NCBI GenBank assembly: GCA_017625465.1
Contig: JAGAKS010000017.1
Span: 156,946-220,945, forward strand
Length of the DNA: 64,000 bases
Source: Clostridia bacterium
GTDB taxonomy: Bacteria; Bacillota; Clostridia; TANB77; CAG-508
Direction: 5' to 3'
In this document: positions 18,477 through 28,194 of the stretch, in pieces
Numbering within the stretch: position 1 is the first letter of the stretch
Layout: the number at the start of each line of letters is the position of its first letter
Notes under the pieces: model-generated
Told to the model about the DNA's origin: nothing
Seen by the model: the letters and a program-made list of their open reading frames with translations, nothing else
The model's database searches: none
Made by a program: the position numbers and the translations under genes

Positions 18477-19976
18477 ATGAAATCTATTAATCTTAAGGCA
18501 TTAGTAAATATATATTTAGCAAATAACAGGGAAATTCCTAAAGAATATCAACAATTTATAGGAGATGACTATAGTTTATCAATAAAGAAGAATGAAATAG
18601 AACCACTTGTGCAACTTGTAGAAAATATAGAGAAAATTGATATTCAAGGAAATATGAATAAATATAATCATTTTTATATAGGGTATCAAATTCCACAGAT
18701 TGGTAAAGAATTTGATTTATTAAGATTTGATGAACAAAACATATTAAATATTGAGTATAAAAGAGAAATTAAAGATTTAGAAAAAATAAAAAAACAATTA
18801 ATAAGAAATAAGTACTATCTAAGTTTTTTAAATAGAAACAGTATTTTAATAGGATATATACAAGATATGGACAAATTATTTCTATTAAAGAATGAAGAAT
18901 TAGAGGAAATATCATATATAAAGTTATTAGAAATTTTGAATGATTGCTTAACTTGTGAAGATATAAATCTTAATACTTTATTTAAAGCATCAAATTATTT
19001 AATTTCGCCATTTAATAAAACCAATGAATTTATGAATGGTCAGTATTTTTTAACAAAGCAACAAGAAGAAATAAAAAATAAAATGATTGAAGATATGCAT
19101 CTAGGAGAAAAAACTTTTTTGATTCAAGGAGATGCTGGAACAGGGAAAACATTATTAATATATGATTTGGCAAAACAATTACTTGAAAATGATAAGCAAG
19201 TTGCTATTATACATTGTGGACAGCTTAATCAAGGACATGAAAAATTAAAGGCTATATATAATTGGCATATATTTTCGATAAGAGATTATTATATTGTAAC
19301 GAATAATACATTTGATGTCATATTTATAGATGAAATACAAAGAATAAAAATGGACCAATTTGAAGAAATAATGGAATATATTAGGAAAAATAAAAATATA
19401 GTAATTTGCAGTGGAGATAAAAAACAAATTTTAAAAGCAACGGAAGGAGGTATATTAGAGAAGCTAGAAAGCCAAACTTTGAACAAATATACATTATCAA
19501 AAAAAATACGAACTAATAAGGAACTGGCTAATTTTATAAAGGTAGTTTTAGATTTAAATAAAAAACAAGAATTCAATCTGAATACGGATAATATAAATAT
19601 AGTATATTGTAATAATTATTTAGAAGCAAATAGATATATTTCTTCCAAAAATAGTTATAGTTTTATATCATATACGCCTACTTTGTATCCAGAAAATGGT
19701 TTAGTTGGATTTGAAATAACTTGCGAAAACAAAAATACGGTTGGAAATCCCCACAAAGTAATTGGACAAGAATTTGAAAATGTAGGAGTAATTATAGATA
19801 AGCATTTTTATTATGATGAGAATAATAAATTAAGAGCTATGCAAATGTATAATAATGTATATTCGCCTAAAAATATGTTATATCAGGCTTTAACTAGAGT
19901 AATTGAGACATTAGAAATAATTGTTGTAGAAAATATAGAAATATTTAATATTTTAATAGAGCTATTCAAAAAATAA
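18477..19976 (+). CDS. NERD/PD-(D/E)xK-like N-terminal domain fused to DUF2075/SF1-like P-loop ATPase
   Basis: N-terminal FDLLRFDEQNILNIEYK (D...ExK); Walker A GDAGTGKT, Walker B VIFIDEIQ (DEAQ-like box). Confidence 0.5.
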   Translation: MKSINLKALVNIYLANNREIPKEYQQFIGDDYSLSIKKNEIEPLVQLVENIEKIDIQGNMNKYNHFYIGYQIPQIGKEFDLLRFDEQNILNIEYKREIKDLEKIKKQLIRNKYYLSFLNRNSILIGYIQDMDKLFLLKNEELEEISYIKLLEILNDCLTCEDINLNTLFKASNYLISPFNKTNEFMNGQYFLTKQQEEIKNKMIEDMHLGEKTFLIQGDAGTGKTLLIYDLAKQLLENDKQVAIIHCGQLNQGHEKLKAIYNWHIFSIRDYYIVTNNTFDVIFIDEIQRIKMDQFEEIMEYIRKNKNIVICSGDKKQILKATEGGILEKLESQTLNKYTLSKKIRTNKELANFIKVVLDLNKKQEFNLNTDNINIVYCNNYLEANRYISSKNSYSFISYTPTLYPENGLVGFEITCENKNTVGNPHKVIGQEFENVGVIIDKHFYYDENNKLRAMQMYNNVYSPKNMLYQALTRVIETLEIIVVENIEIFNILIELFKK

Positions 19977-19977
19977 A

Positions 19978-20010
19978 AAGGAAATAGAAAAACTATTTCC
20001 TTTTCGTTTT
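19978..20010. terminator. bidirectional terminator
   Basis: ggaaatag-aaaaa-ctatttcc stem followed by T-run. Confidence 0.55.
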
Positions 20011-20301
20011 TTACTCAAAGCATCCCATAACTAACTGAGAACCATCTACAAAGCCGTTTCTATAATATTTCTCATTCCAGTAGCAAAGATAGTCCATAAA
20101 GTTTTTATCAAGTTGATCTAATTGTTTCTGAACATATTTCTTATTTTGTTTTGGCACATTATTCAAAATCTTTTCAGCCAATTCATCAAAATATATACAA
20201 TATTTTTTATCTTGAGGAGTCATATTGCAAAATGCAGTTTCCTCCCTAAATTCTAACCATTCCTTTATAATATCATCATTCACTTCTCTAAAATTATTCA
20301 T
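20011..20301 (-). CDS. hypothetical protein (~96 aa) at right end of island
   Basis: ORF with GGAGG RBS before internal ATG (MNNFRE...); no recognisable motif. Confidence 0.4.
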   Translation of the reverse strand: MNNFREVNDDIIKEWLEFREETAFCNMTPQDKKYCIYFDELAEKILNNVPKQNKKYVQKQLDQLDKNFMDYLCYWNEKYYRNGFVDGSQLVMGCFE

Positions 20302-20530
20302 AAATAAACCTCCAAAATATATAAAAATCAAAATGTCCCCAATTTGCAAATGTATATTTGAACGTCTTGTGCGACAAGACTTTCAAAATCTTGGGGACAG
20401 AAAGGGGACAAAAGTCCACAAAAATGACCTAAAATCGCACAAGAGTTCAGTAAAAGAAAAGTGCTATAAACACTTATATTTCAATAAAAACTAAACATTT
20501 CAATAAACTTCAAAAATGGCTAATTGAATT

Positions 20531-20546
20531 CTCATAACCCGAAGGT
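20531..20546. repeat. right copy of 16-bp direct repeat CTCATAACCCGAAGGT (att core)
   Basis: exact match to 2895-2910; flanking sequence differs on both sides. Confidence 0.65.
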
Positions 20547-20577
20547 ATTTTCCCATCTTCCCACAATCCCCAATCTA

Positions 20578-20586
20578 TGGTATAAT
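20578..20586 (+). promoter_or_regulatory. extended -10 element (TGGTATAAT) of host gene just outside right att repeat
   Basis: TGnTATAAT 32 bp downstream of the att core, 25 bp upstream of the HAD gene start. Confidence 0.4.
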
Positions 20587-20610
20587 TGTGGAAAGATGAA
20601 AGGGAAAATT

Positions 20611-21108
20611 ATGAAAACAATAGATGAATTAGTGGCAGATAAATTGATGGATTTAGTGCAATATGCTTTATCAAAGTTTATAAAACCCGATATTACATTA
20701 GAAAAAGTAAAGCAATTAGATGCAACAGTTATTGACATATTGAAAGAACGATATGGTATAGAAGGAATAATTTTAGACGTTGATGAAACATTAAGAAAAG
20801 AAATGAAAGATATTCCAAAATGTAATAAAGAATGGATAGAAAGCTTGAAAGGCCAACTTAAGGTTATAATTCTAAGTAACGGAAAAGATCAACAAATAGA
20901 GCAATACTTTAGAGAAAATGGAATAGACTATATAGGTTTTGCACATAAACCATTAAAGAAAAATTTTTTGAAAGCTTGCGAAAAAATGGATATAAGCCCA
21001 GAGAAAGTATTGGTTGTTGGAAATGATTTGTTGACAGATATATATGGTGGCAGAAGAAACAACATGAAAACAGTTTTAATAAAAAATGTTGAGCACACAG
21101 AAAGATAG
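20611..21108 (+). CDS. HAD-superfamily (subfamily IIIA, YqeG-like) phosphatase
   Basis: IILDVDETL (DxDxT nucleophile motif), later LSNG and GNDLLTDI motifs; start approximate (20596 or 20611). Confidence 0.7.
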   Translation: MKTIDELVADKLMDLVQYALSKFIKPDITLEKVKQLDATVIDILKERYGIEGIILDVDETLRKEMKDIPKCNKEWIESLKGQLKVIILSNGKDQQIEQYFRENGIDYIGFAHKPLKKNFLKACEKMDISPEKVLVVGNDLLTDIYGGRRNNMKTVLIKNVEHTER

Positions 21109-21189
21109 AAATATTGAATAGTTATATGGTAAAATGTACAAAATTAATATATAAATTATAAAAACCAATGAAATCGAAAGGAATAAACC

Positions 21190-21693
21190 ATGGAAATTAG
21201 AACAGAAGAAAACATAAAAAAGTTAATATCAATTTTACAAGATAGAAATGAGATAATTTCTACAATGGAGTCTTGTACAGGAGGGCTTTTAGCAAGTGAA
21301 ATTACTAATAATAAGTCTGGAAGCTCAGAAGTTTTTCGCTATGGGCTTGTTACTTATGCTAATGAATTCAAAATAAAAAACGGTGTAAAAGCTGAAACAA
21401 TAGATAAATATTCTGTTTATAGTCAAGAAGTTGCAGAAGAAATGGCTAACCAAATAATTGATATAGCGGATTCTGACTGGGGTATTGGAATTACAGGGCA
21501 AATTGGTAGATTAGACCCAGAAAATCCAGGTGCTGAAGCAAACACTGCATATTATTGTATTGCTAATAAAAAGCTTAATATATCTAATAAATACAAAATG
21601 CACTGCAATGAGAATCTTACCAAAAAAGAGAAGAAGGAAGCTATTGTTACCGAAGTAATAAAATCGTTATTAGATATTTTAGAAAACAAATAG
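21190..21693 (+). CDS. CinA C-terminal domain protein (nicotinamide-nucleotide amidase-like)
   Basis: ISTMESCTGGLLASEITN...GLVTYANEFK typical of CinA_C. Confidence 0.8.
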   Translation: MEIRTEENIKKLISILQDRNEIISTMESCTGGLLASEITNNKSGSSEVFRYGLVTYANEFKIKNGVKAETIDKYSVYSQEVAEEMANQIIDIADSDWGIGITGQIGRLDPENPGAEANTAYYCIANKKLNISNKYKMHCNENLTKKEKKEAIVTEVIKSLLDILENK

Positions 21694-21780
21694 AGATTAA
21701 AAGATGCTAATTATTGCATTAACCACAAAATTACTTTTGAGGCTTAAAAGCAAATTAAGCATCTTTAATTTTTGTAGTTA

Positions 21781-21855
21781 TTTAGATAATTATCTAAATA
21801 AATATTGACAAACAAAAATCAAAGTAATATACTATATTTAGATAAATATCTAAAT
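21781..21855 (+). promoter_or_regulatory. sigma-A-type promoter flanked by two 20-bp palindromic operators
   Basis: TTGACA(21805-21810)-17-TATACT(21828-21833); palindromes TTTAGATAATTATCTAAA (21781-21798) and ATTTAGATAAATATCTAAAT (21836-21855). Confidence 0.55.
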
Positions 21856-21873
21856 ACTAAGGTAGGTGATAAT

Positions 21874-22152
21874 ATGGGAATGTCGGAAACGCTAAAAGCT
21901 ATTTCAGATCCAGTAAGAAGAGAAATTTTAAATTTACTAAAAGATGGCAAGAAAACGGCTGGTGAAATAGTAGAACAGTTTAATTTAACAGGAGCAACAG
22001 TTTCACATCATTTAGCAACATTAAGAAAAGCAGGTTTGATTGTCGAAACTAAATACAAGCAATTCATATATTATGAACTAAATATTTCAGTATTTGAAGA
22101 AGTTCTAATATGGATAAAAGAATTAGGAGGGGATTTAAATGAAAAAAATTAA
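21874..22152 (+). CDS. ArsR-family transcriptional repressor (SdpR-like)
   Basis: ISDPVRREILNLL...ATVSHHLATLRKAGLI winged-helix ArsR signature; overlaps start of downstream membrane gene. Confidence 0.75.
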   Translation: MGMSETLKAISDPVRREILNLLKDGKKTAGEIVEQFNLTGATVSHHLATLRKAGLIVETKYKQFIYYELNISVFEEVLIWIKELGGDLNEKN

Positions 22153-22774
22153 TATGAAAACTCTAATAATAACTTCAATAGTATGTTTATTGCCAATAAT
22201 TTTAGGAATGTTGGTGTATAATGAATTACCAGAGCAAGTTGCTATTCACTGGGGCATAGACAATAACCCTAATGGTTATTTTTCAAAACCAGCATTTGTA
22301 TTTGGAATGCCAATTATGATGCTTGCATTACAAATATTTTGCTGTGTTGTTAGTGATATATCAGATAAAAATCCAGAAGCCAATAAAAAAGCTGTTACAG
22401 TATATAAATGGATTATTCCTATTCTAACAGTTATTTTATATATTGTTACTGTCATGATTGCACTAGGAAGCAATTTAGATATACGAAAAATAGTTATGAT
22501 AATACTTGGAATTGTATTCATTGTTTCAGGTAACTACATGCCAAAGTTAAGAGCAGATTATTTTATGAATATGAAAGCTTTTTGGGTAAAAAATAGAGAT
22601 GAAAAATTAGTAAATAAAGCTTCAAGAATAACAGGATATATGCTAATAATTAGTGGATTCTTATGTATAGCAAGCATCTTATTTAAACCGCTAGTAAGTG
22701 TAATAGTTATAATATTAAGCATTTTAGCAACAATATTAATCTATTTTTACGTATTTTGCAAAAGTAGAAAATAA
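22139..22774 (+). CDS. SdpI/YhfL-family membrane protein
   Basis: six hydrophobic segments; gene overlap with ArsR-family regulator as in sdpR-sdpI pairs. Confidence 0.6.
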   Translation: MKKINMKTLIITSIVCLLPIILGMLVYNELPEQVAIHWGIDNNPNGYFSKPAFVFGMPIMMLALQIFCCVVSDISDKNPEANKKAVTVYKWIIPILTVILYIVTVMIALGSNLDIRKIVMIILGIVFIVSGNYMPKLRADYFMNMKAFWVKNRDEKLVNKASRITGYMLIISGFLCIASILFKPLVSVIVIILSILATILIYFYVFCKSRK

Positions 22775-22848
22775 ATTAATAAAAATTATAGTAAATTTAA
22801 TTCTTTTATGATAAAATACAGCCAAATGCAAATCAAAGGAGGAATAAT

Positions 22849-23229
22849 ATGAAAAAAGAATTAATTATAAAAAAATGTATGAAATGTGGAGCAGTTGTAA
22901 AAGTTATAGAAGATTGCAACTGTGAAGACTGTGGAATTAAATGTTGTGGAGAGCAAATGGTAGTTTTAAAACCAAACACAACAGATGCAGCAGTTGAAAA
23001 GCATGTACCTACTTATGAAAGAGTAGAAGATGAAATTTTCGTAAAAGTAAACCACGTTATGGAAAAAGAACACTTTATTGAATGGATTGCAATGGTTACA
23101 GATACACAAGAATGTACAGTAACATTATATCCAGAACAAAATGCTGAATGTAGATTCAAATATGTTCCAGGAGCTATGCTTTATGCATACTGTAACAAAC
23201 ATGGTTTATGGTCAGCAGAAGTAAAATAA
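22849..23229 (+). CDS. dfx: desulfoferrodoxin (superoxide reductase)
   Basis: N-terminal desulforedoxin-type C-x2-C...CC Fe site (CMKCG...CNCEDCGIKCCGE), C-terminal neelaredoxin H/C ligands; 126 aa. Confidence 0.85.
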   Translation: MKKELIIKKCMKCGAVVKVIEDCNCEDCGIKCCGEQMVVLKPNTTDAAVEKHVPTYERVEDEIFVKVNHVMEKEHFIEWIAMVTDTQECTVTLYPEQNAECRFKYVPGAMLYAYCNKHGLWSAEVK

Positions 23230-23804
23230 TAAATAACTAAAAAGGCTTTTATCATTAGATAAAGGCCTTTTTAAATTTTAAAGTCTTTATTTCAAATTTC
23301 ATATAAAAATCAAAAATATCTAAAAATTTTAACTATAATTATTGAATTGATACTAGTATATATACATATAGTTTAATCTTTTGTATAGATTTTAGACCTC
23401 CTTTCTTATTTAATTGAGAATTGTGATTATTATTTGTTTGAATAAACAAATGATAAATTGAATAAAATAATTTCATGAAATTGTAAATATAATAACACCA
23501 TAGTAAATTTATGTCAAGTAATGGCTTAAAAAATAATAATTTATACATTTTTTAAAAGTGTGCATATAATAATATAAAAAGCAAAAATTGAAAAAGATTA
23601 AAAATCGAACATATAGAAAAAGCGAGAAAAAACGAGTAAAAAGTAGTATACTTTCAATATGGTAAAAAATGGCTAAACTTAAATAGAATAATTTAGAATA
23701 AAATTGATTAAAATACAAATATGGTAAAATTATTTTATTGCAATCAGTCTCAGATTGTGGTAAAATATTATTTATGTGACGTTTAAAAAACATACAAAAG
23801 GAGA

Positions 23805-24842
23805 GTGAATTTTATTCTAGGAAATTGGGTGAAATATTATACAAAAGAAGTTTGCAAAACCCTTAAAATTGTCCTAATTGGTTGTTCGGTAATAACAATA
23901 GCAGCAGTTATCAAATACAAACCTGTATATGCAGTCACATTATCAGGTAAAACAATAGGATATGTAGCAGACAAAGAAAAAACTGAAAAAAAAGTAAATA
24001 ATTATATTAATGATAAAGAAGGAAATATAGCATTTAGAATTGCAAATGCTATGCCAGATTATAATCTAGTGTTTGTTTCAAGAGCACAAGAAACAGATGA
24101 AAAACAAGTGTTAATGGCAGTTGAAGATAATATAACAACAACTTATGAAATTTATGCTATTACATTAGATGGTGAAAAGAAAGCTGAAGTATCTTCTGAA
24201 GAAGATGCAATGCAAATTATTGAAGAAATAAAAGCTGGAGCAAATGAAGAAATAGAAATGAAATTGGGTATTGTTACAGAATATACAAATGATTTCACAG
24301 TTATTTCAAAAGATCAAGCTTTAGCATCATTAAATGAAATAAAAACACAAAAAATAGCAGCTTATGAAACTAAAAAAGCAGAAGAAGCAAAAGCGGCTAG
24401 AATTGCTGCACAGAAAAAAGCTATTGCTTCTACTACACAAGTAGCTGCGTCAGGTGTAATCTCAGGATTACAATTATCAATACCAGTAAATGGTAGTATC
24501 AGTTCTAGATTTGGAAGTAGAAGTGCTTCAAGATCAAGTATTCATACAGGTTTAGACATTTCTACATCTTTAGGAACAGGAATTAGACCTATCGCTGGTG
24601 GTACAGTAACTTATGCAGGATATAAAGGTTCTTATGGTAATTTAATTATCATAAATCATGGAAATGGTATAGAATCATATTATGCACACTGTAATGAGTT
24701 ATATGTAGGAGTTGGAGCAAATGTTGATGCAGGAACAACTATTGCAGCAGTAGGTAGTACAGGAAATTCAACAGGACCTCATTTACACTTAGAAATAAGA
24801 GTAAATGGTACTCCAGTAAATCCACAACAATATTTATATTAA
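23805..24842 (+). CDS. membrane-anchored M23 (LytM-domain) peptidase
   Basis: HTGLDIS...GNLIIINHGNGIESYYAHC...GPHLHLE zinc-ligand motifs; N-terminal TM helix; start uncertain (GTG overlapping RBS). Confidence 0.75.
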   Translation: MNFILGNWVKYYTKEVCKTLKIVLIGCSVITIAAVIKYKPVYAVTLSGKTIGYVADKEKTEKKVNNYINDKEGNIAFRIANAMPDYNLVFVSRAQETDEKQVLMAVEDNITTTYEIYAITLDGEKKAEVSSEEDAMQIIEEIKAGANEEIEMKLGIVTEYTNDFTVISKDQALASLNEIKTQKIAAYETKKAEEAKAARIAAQKKAIASTTQVAASGVISGLQLSIPVNGSISSRFGSRSASRSSIHTGLDISTSLGTGIRPIAGGTVTYAGYKGSYGNLIIINHGNGIESYYAHCNELYVGVGANVDAGTTIAAVGSTGNSTGPHLHLEIRVNGTPVNPQQYLY

Positions 24843-25054
24843 AATAAAGCACATTAGTTTAGAAATATTCTAAATTAGTGTGTTTTTTTGTTCTTCAAAA
24901 TACTTATTTTCAGCATAATATTATCAAAATATTCATAATTAAATAATAAGAAAATTGTCAAGGAAAAAATTATGAAATGATATTGCAAATAAAAAGATTA
25001 TTCTATATAATCTAAAAGTAAGAGTTTTTTGAAAAAATTAAAGGAGGTCACAAT

Positions 25055-27667
25055 ATGGCTGATGTAACTGAACAAGAAAGACAAGAAATTGAAACTATGA
25101 TTAATGATTTAGTTGCCAGAGCAAGAAAAGCTTCTGAAGAATATAAAAAACTAGATCAAGAAACCGTAGATAGAATTGTCAAGAAAATGTCAATGGCAGG
25201 TTTAGATAATCACATGAAACTTGCAAAAATGGCAGTAGAAGAAACAGGAAGGGGAATCTACGAAGATAAAATAACAAAGAATATGTTCGCAACTGAATAT
25301 GTTTATCATAGTATAAAATATGATAAAACAGTTGGCGTTATAGATGAAAATGATGAAGAAGGTTATTCTTTAATAGCAGAGCCTATTGGAGTTATAGCAG
25401 GTGTTACACCAGTTACAAATCCAACATCAACAGTTATGTTTAAATCAATGATTGCAGCAAAAACTAGAAATGTAATTATTTTTGGTTTCCATCCATTTGC
25501 ACAAAATTCAAGTAGAGAGGCAGCAGAAATAGTAAGAAATGCAGCTGTTTCAGAAGGAGCACCAGAGGACTGCATTCTTTGGATAGATAAACCATCAGTT
25601 CTTGCTACAAGTTTACTTATGAATCATCCTGGAGTTGATTTAATACTTGCAACAGGTGGTCCTGGAATGGTTAAAGCAGCTTATTCTAGTGGAAAACCAT
25701 CACTAGGTGTTGGACCAGGAAACGTTCCTTGTTATATAGATAAAACAGCAAAATTAAAAACATCTGTAAACGATTTAGTAATGTCAAAATCTTTTGATAA
25801 TGGTATGATTTGTGCTTCAGAGCAAGCAGTTATTGTAGATACAGAAATTTCAAAAGAATTTGAAAAATTAATGAAAGAAGCAGATTGTTATTTTGCAACA
25901 GAAAGTGAAAAAGCAAGATTACAAGCAGTTATGTTTGATAGCTCTGCTGGAAATAAATTAAATGGTAAAATAGCTGGTCAAAGTCCATATACAATAGCTA
26001 GTTGGGCAGGAATTAAAATTCCAGAAAGCACAAAAGTTATAGTTGTTAGAGAAGATGGTGTTGGAACTGATCACCCATTCTCTCAAGAAAAATTAAGTCC
26101 AGTTTTATCATACTATAAAGTAAAAAATGCTGATGAAGGAATTGCTTTAGCAGATAGTCTTATCAAATTTGGAGGAATGGGACATTCAGCTGTTATACAT
26201 TCTGAAGACAAAGAAACAATTGAAAAATTTGCAAACACTGTAAAAACAGGTAGAATTATAGTAAACTCTCCATCAACTCATGGAGCAATTGGTGATATAT
26301 ATAATACAAATTTACCATCACTTACATTAGGTTGTGGTACTTTTGGAGGAAATTCAACAACATCAAATGTATCTTCAGTAAACTTAATAAATGTTAAGAG
26401 AGTTGCAAAGAGGAGGGTAAATATGCAATGGTTTAAAGTCCCAGAAAAAATATATTTTGAAGCAGGTTCTATTTCATACTTAGAAAAAATGCCTGATATT
26501 ACAAAAGCATTTATCGTTACAGATAAATCAATGGTACAATTTGGATATGTAGATAAAATCTTATATCATTTAAGAAAAAGAGCAACTTATGTACATTCAA
26601 AAATTTTCTCTGATGTTGAACCAGATCCATCTTTTGACACAATCAAAAGAGGTGTTGCAGAAATGAACACATTTGAGCCAGATGTTATTATCGCTCTTGG
26701 TGGTGGTAGTGCTATGGATGCTGCAAAAGGTATGTGGTTATTCTATGAACATCCAGATGCAGATGTTGAAGGCTTAAAATTAAAATTCATGGATATTAGA
26801 AAAAGAACATATAAATTCCCTAAACTTGGAGAAAAAGCAAAAATGGTTGCTATACCAACAACTTCAGGTACAGGTTCAGAAGTAACATCATTTGCAGTTA
26901 TTTCAGATAAAGTAAAAAATATCAAATATCCTTTAGCTGATTATGAGTTAACACCAGATGTTGCAATTATAGATCCAGATCTTGTTATGACATTACCAAA
27001 ATCACTTACAGCAGATACAGGTATGGACGTTTTAACACATGCTTTAGAAGCTTATGTATCAGTAATGGCATCAGATTATACAGATGGTTTAGCAGAAAAA
27101 GCTATTGAGCTTGTATTTAAATATTTACCAATAGCTTATAGTGATGGTTCAAATAGAGAAGCAAGAGAAAAAATGCACAATGCAAGCTGTATAGCTGGTA
27201 TGGCATTTACAAATGCATTCTTAGGAGTAAACCACTCAATCGCTCATAAACTTGGAGGAGAATATCACATTCCACATGGTAGAGCAAATGCAGTTATATT
27301 ACCTTATGTAGTTAAATATAATGGTTCAAAACCAACAAAAATGGTTTCTTGGCCAAAATATGAAAGCTATATAGCAGATCAAAAATATGCAGAAATTGCT
27401 AGAAAATTAGGATTGCCAGCTAGCACACCAGAAGAAGGTGTAAATTCATTAGTTAAAGCTATTCAAGAATTAATGGCCAAAATAAATGAACCAACAAGCA
27501 TTAAAGATTGTGGTGTACCAGAAGAAGAATTCTTTGCAAAAATTGATATGCTTTCTGATAGAGCGTTTGAAGACCAATGTACAGGTGTAAACCCAAGAGT
27601 TCCATTAGTTACAGAAATCAAACAAATTTTAACAGATAGCTATTATGGAAATCCAATAAAATTCTAA
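25055..27667 (+). CDS. adhE: bifunctional acetaldehyde-CoA / alcohol dehydrogenase
   Basis: 870 aa; N-terminal aldehyde dehydrogenase domain (catalytic Cys region MICASEQ) and C-terminal Fe-ADH domain (GGGSAMD). Confidence 0.95.
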   Translation: MADVTEQERQEIETMINDLVARARKASEEYKKLDQETVDRIVKKMSMAGLDNHMKLAKMAVEETGRGIYEDKITKNMFATEYVYHSIKYDKTVGVIDENDEEGYSLIAEPIGVIAGVTPVTNPTSTVMFKSMIAAKTRNVIIFGFHPFAQNSSREAAEIVRNAAVSEGAPEDCILWIDKPSVLATSLLMNHPGVDLILATGGPGMVKAAYSSGKPSLGVGPGNVPCYIDKTAKLKTSVNDLVMSKSFDNGMICASEQAVIVDTEISKEFEKLMKEADCYFATESEKARLQAVMFDSSAGNKLNGKIAGQSPYTIASWAGIKIPESTKVIVVREDGVGTDHPFSQEKLSPVLSYYKVKNADEGIALADSLIKFGGMGHSAVIHSEDKETIEKFANTVKTGRIIVNSPSTHGAIGDIYNTNLPSLTLGCGTFGGNSTTSNVSSVNLINVKRVAKRRVNMQWFKVPEKIYFEAGSISYLEKMPDITKAFIVTDKSMVQFGYVDKILYHLRKRATYVHSKIFSDVEPDPSFDTIKRGVAEMNTFEPDVIIALGGGSAMDAAKGMWLFYEHPDADVEGLKLKFMDIRKRTYKFPKLGEKAKMVAIPTTSGTGSEVTSFAVISDKVKNIKYPLADYELTPDVAIIDPDLVMTLPKSLTADTGMDVLTHALEAYVSVMASDYTDGLAEKAIELVFKYLPIAYSDGSNREAREKMHNASCIAGMAFTNAFLGVNHSIAHKLGGEYHIPHGRANAVILPYVVKYNGSKPTKMVSWPKYESYIADQKYAEIARKLGLPASTPEEGVNSLVKAIQELMAKINEPTSIKDCGVPEEEFFAKIDMLSDRAFEDQCTGVNPRVPLVTEIKQILTDSYYGNPIKF

Positions 27668-27675
27668 AAATTTAA

Positions 27676-27706
27676 GGAATGCTGTAAAAAGCATTCCTTT
27701 TATGTC
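27676..27706 (+). terminator. rho-independent terminator after adhE
   Basis: aaggaatgct-gtaaaa-agcattcctt stem + TTTTAT. Confidence 0.6.
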
Positions 27707-27803
27707 ATTTTTGTAACATTTAGCAAAAATATTGACTTTTTAAGACCTATAATGTAAATTATAAGTGAAAATTATAGTTATATATAAAAGGAGTGGACAA
27801 AAG

Positions 27804-28127
27804 ATGGCTGAAATCGAAAATAATGTAGAAAATAATGAAAAAATAGAGCAAGTAAACGGAAGCAAAAAAAATTGGCTTACAACATTAATATTATGTTGGT
27901 TCCTTGGATTTTTAGGAGTACATCGTTTATATGCTGGTAAATTAGGAAGCGGATTCTTAATGGCTTATGGAACAGCAGTTGCAGCATGTATTTTAGCAAC
28001 AGAATTCTATTTAGGCTTAATAGCTTTTGTTGTTGTTGGTGGATTTGTAGTTAATGATTTTCTAAGAATTGCTACAAAAACATTTACAGACTGCAAAGGT
28101 TTATATATTGAAGAAGATAGAGTTTAA
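27804..28127 (+). CDS. TM2-domain membrane protein
   Basis: WLTTLILCWFLGFLGVHRLYAGK TM2 signature; start at ATG after AAAGGAG. Confidence 0.65.
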   Translation: MAEIENNVENNEKIEQVNGSKKNWLTTLILCWFLGFLGVHRLYAGKLGSGFLMAYGTAVAACILATEFYLGLIAFVVVGGFVVNDFLRIATKTFTDCKGLYIEEDRV

Positions 28128-28194
28128 GAATTATTTAATTACTAGCGAATATATATGTAATATATTCGCTTAATTTTTTGGGGAGGATGTAAAA

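Larger units (their letters stand above)
2895..20546. mobile_element. ~17.6-kb integrative mobilizable element / genomic island (integrase, Xis, replication and relaxase module, defense cargo) at a tRNA-fMet-derived att site
   Basis: direct repeats at both ends, tyrosine integrase adjacent to left repeat, Xis/replisome organizer/DnaC-like/TnpV/relaxase module, cargo of NTPase, methyltransferases and nucleases; flanked by housekeeping genes. Confidence 0.65.

Noticed and set aside
20225-20494. 89-aa plus-strand ORF
   Set aside because: Overlaps the 20011-20301 gene and the att-proximal repeat region; no RBS
23339-23793. Two minus-strand ORFs in the AT-rich region upstream of the M23 peptidase gene
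   Set aside because: Extremely AT-rich, low-complexity (F/Y/L/N-rich) translations; region more likely a long promoter/leader
25363-26925. Minus-strand ORFs within adhE
   Set aside because: Antisense shadow ORFs inside a confidently identified gene
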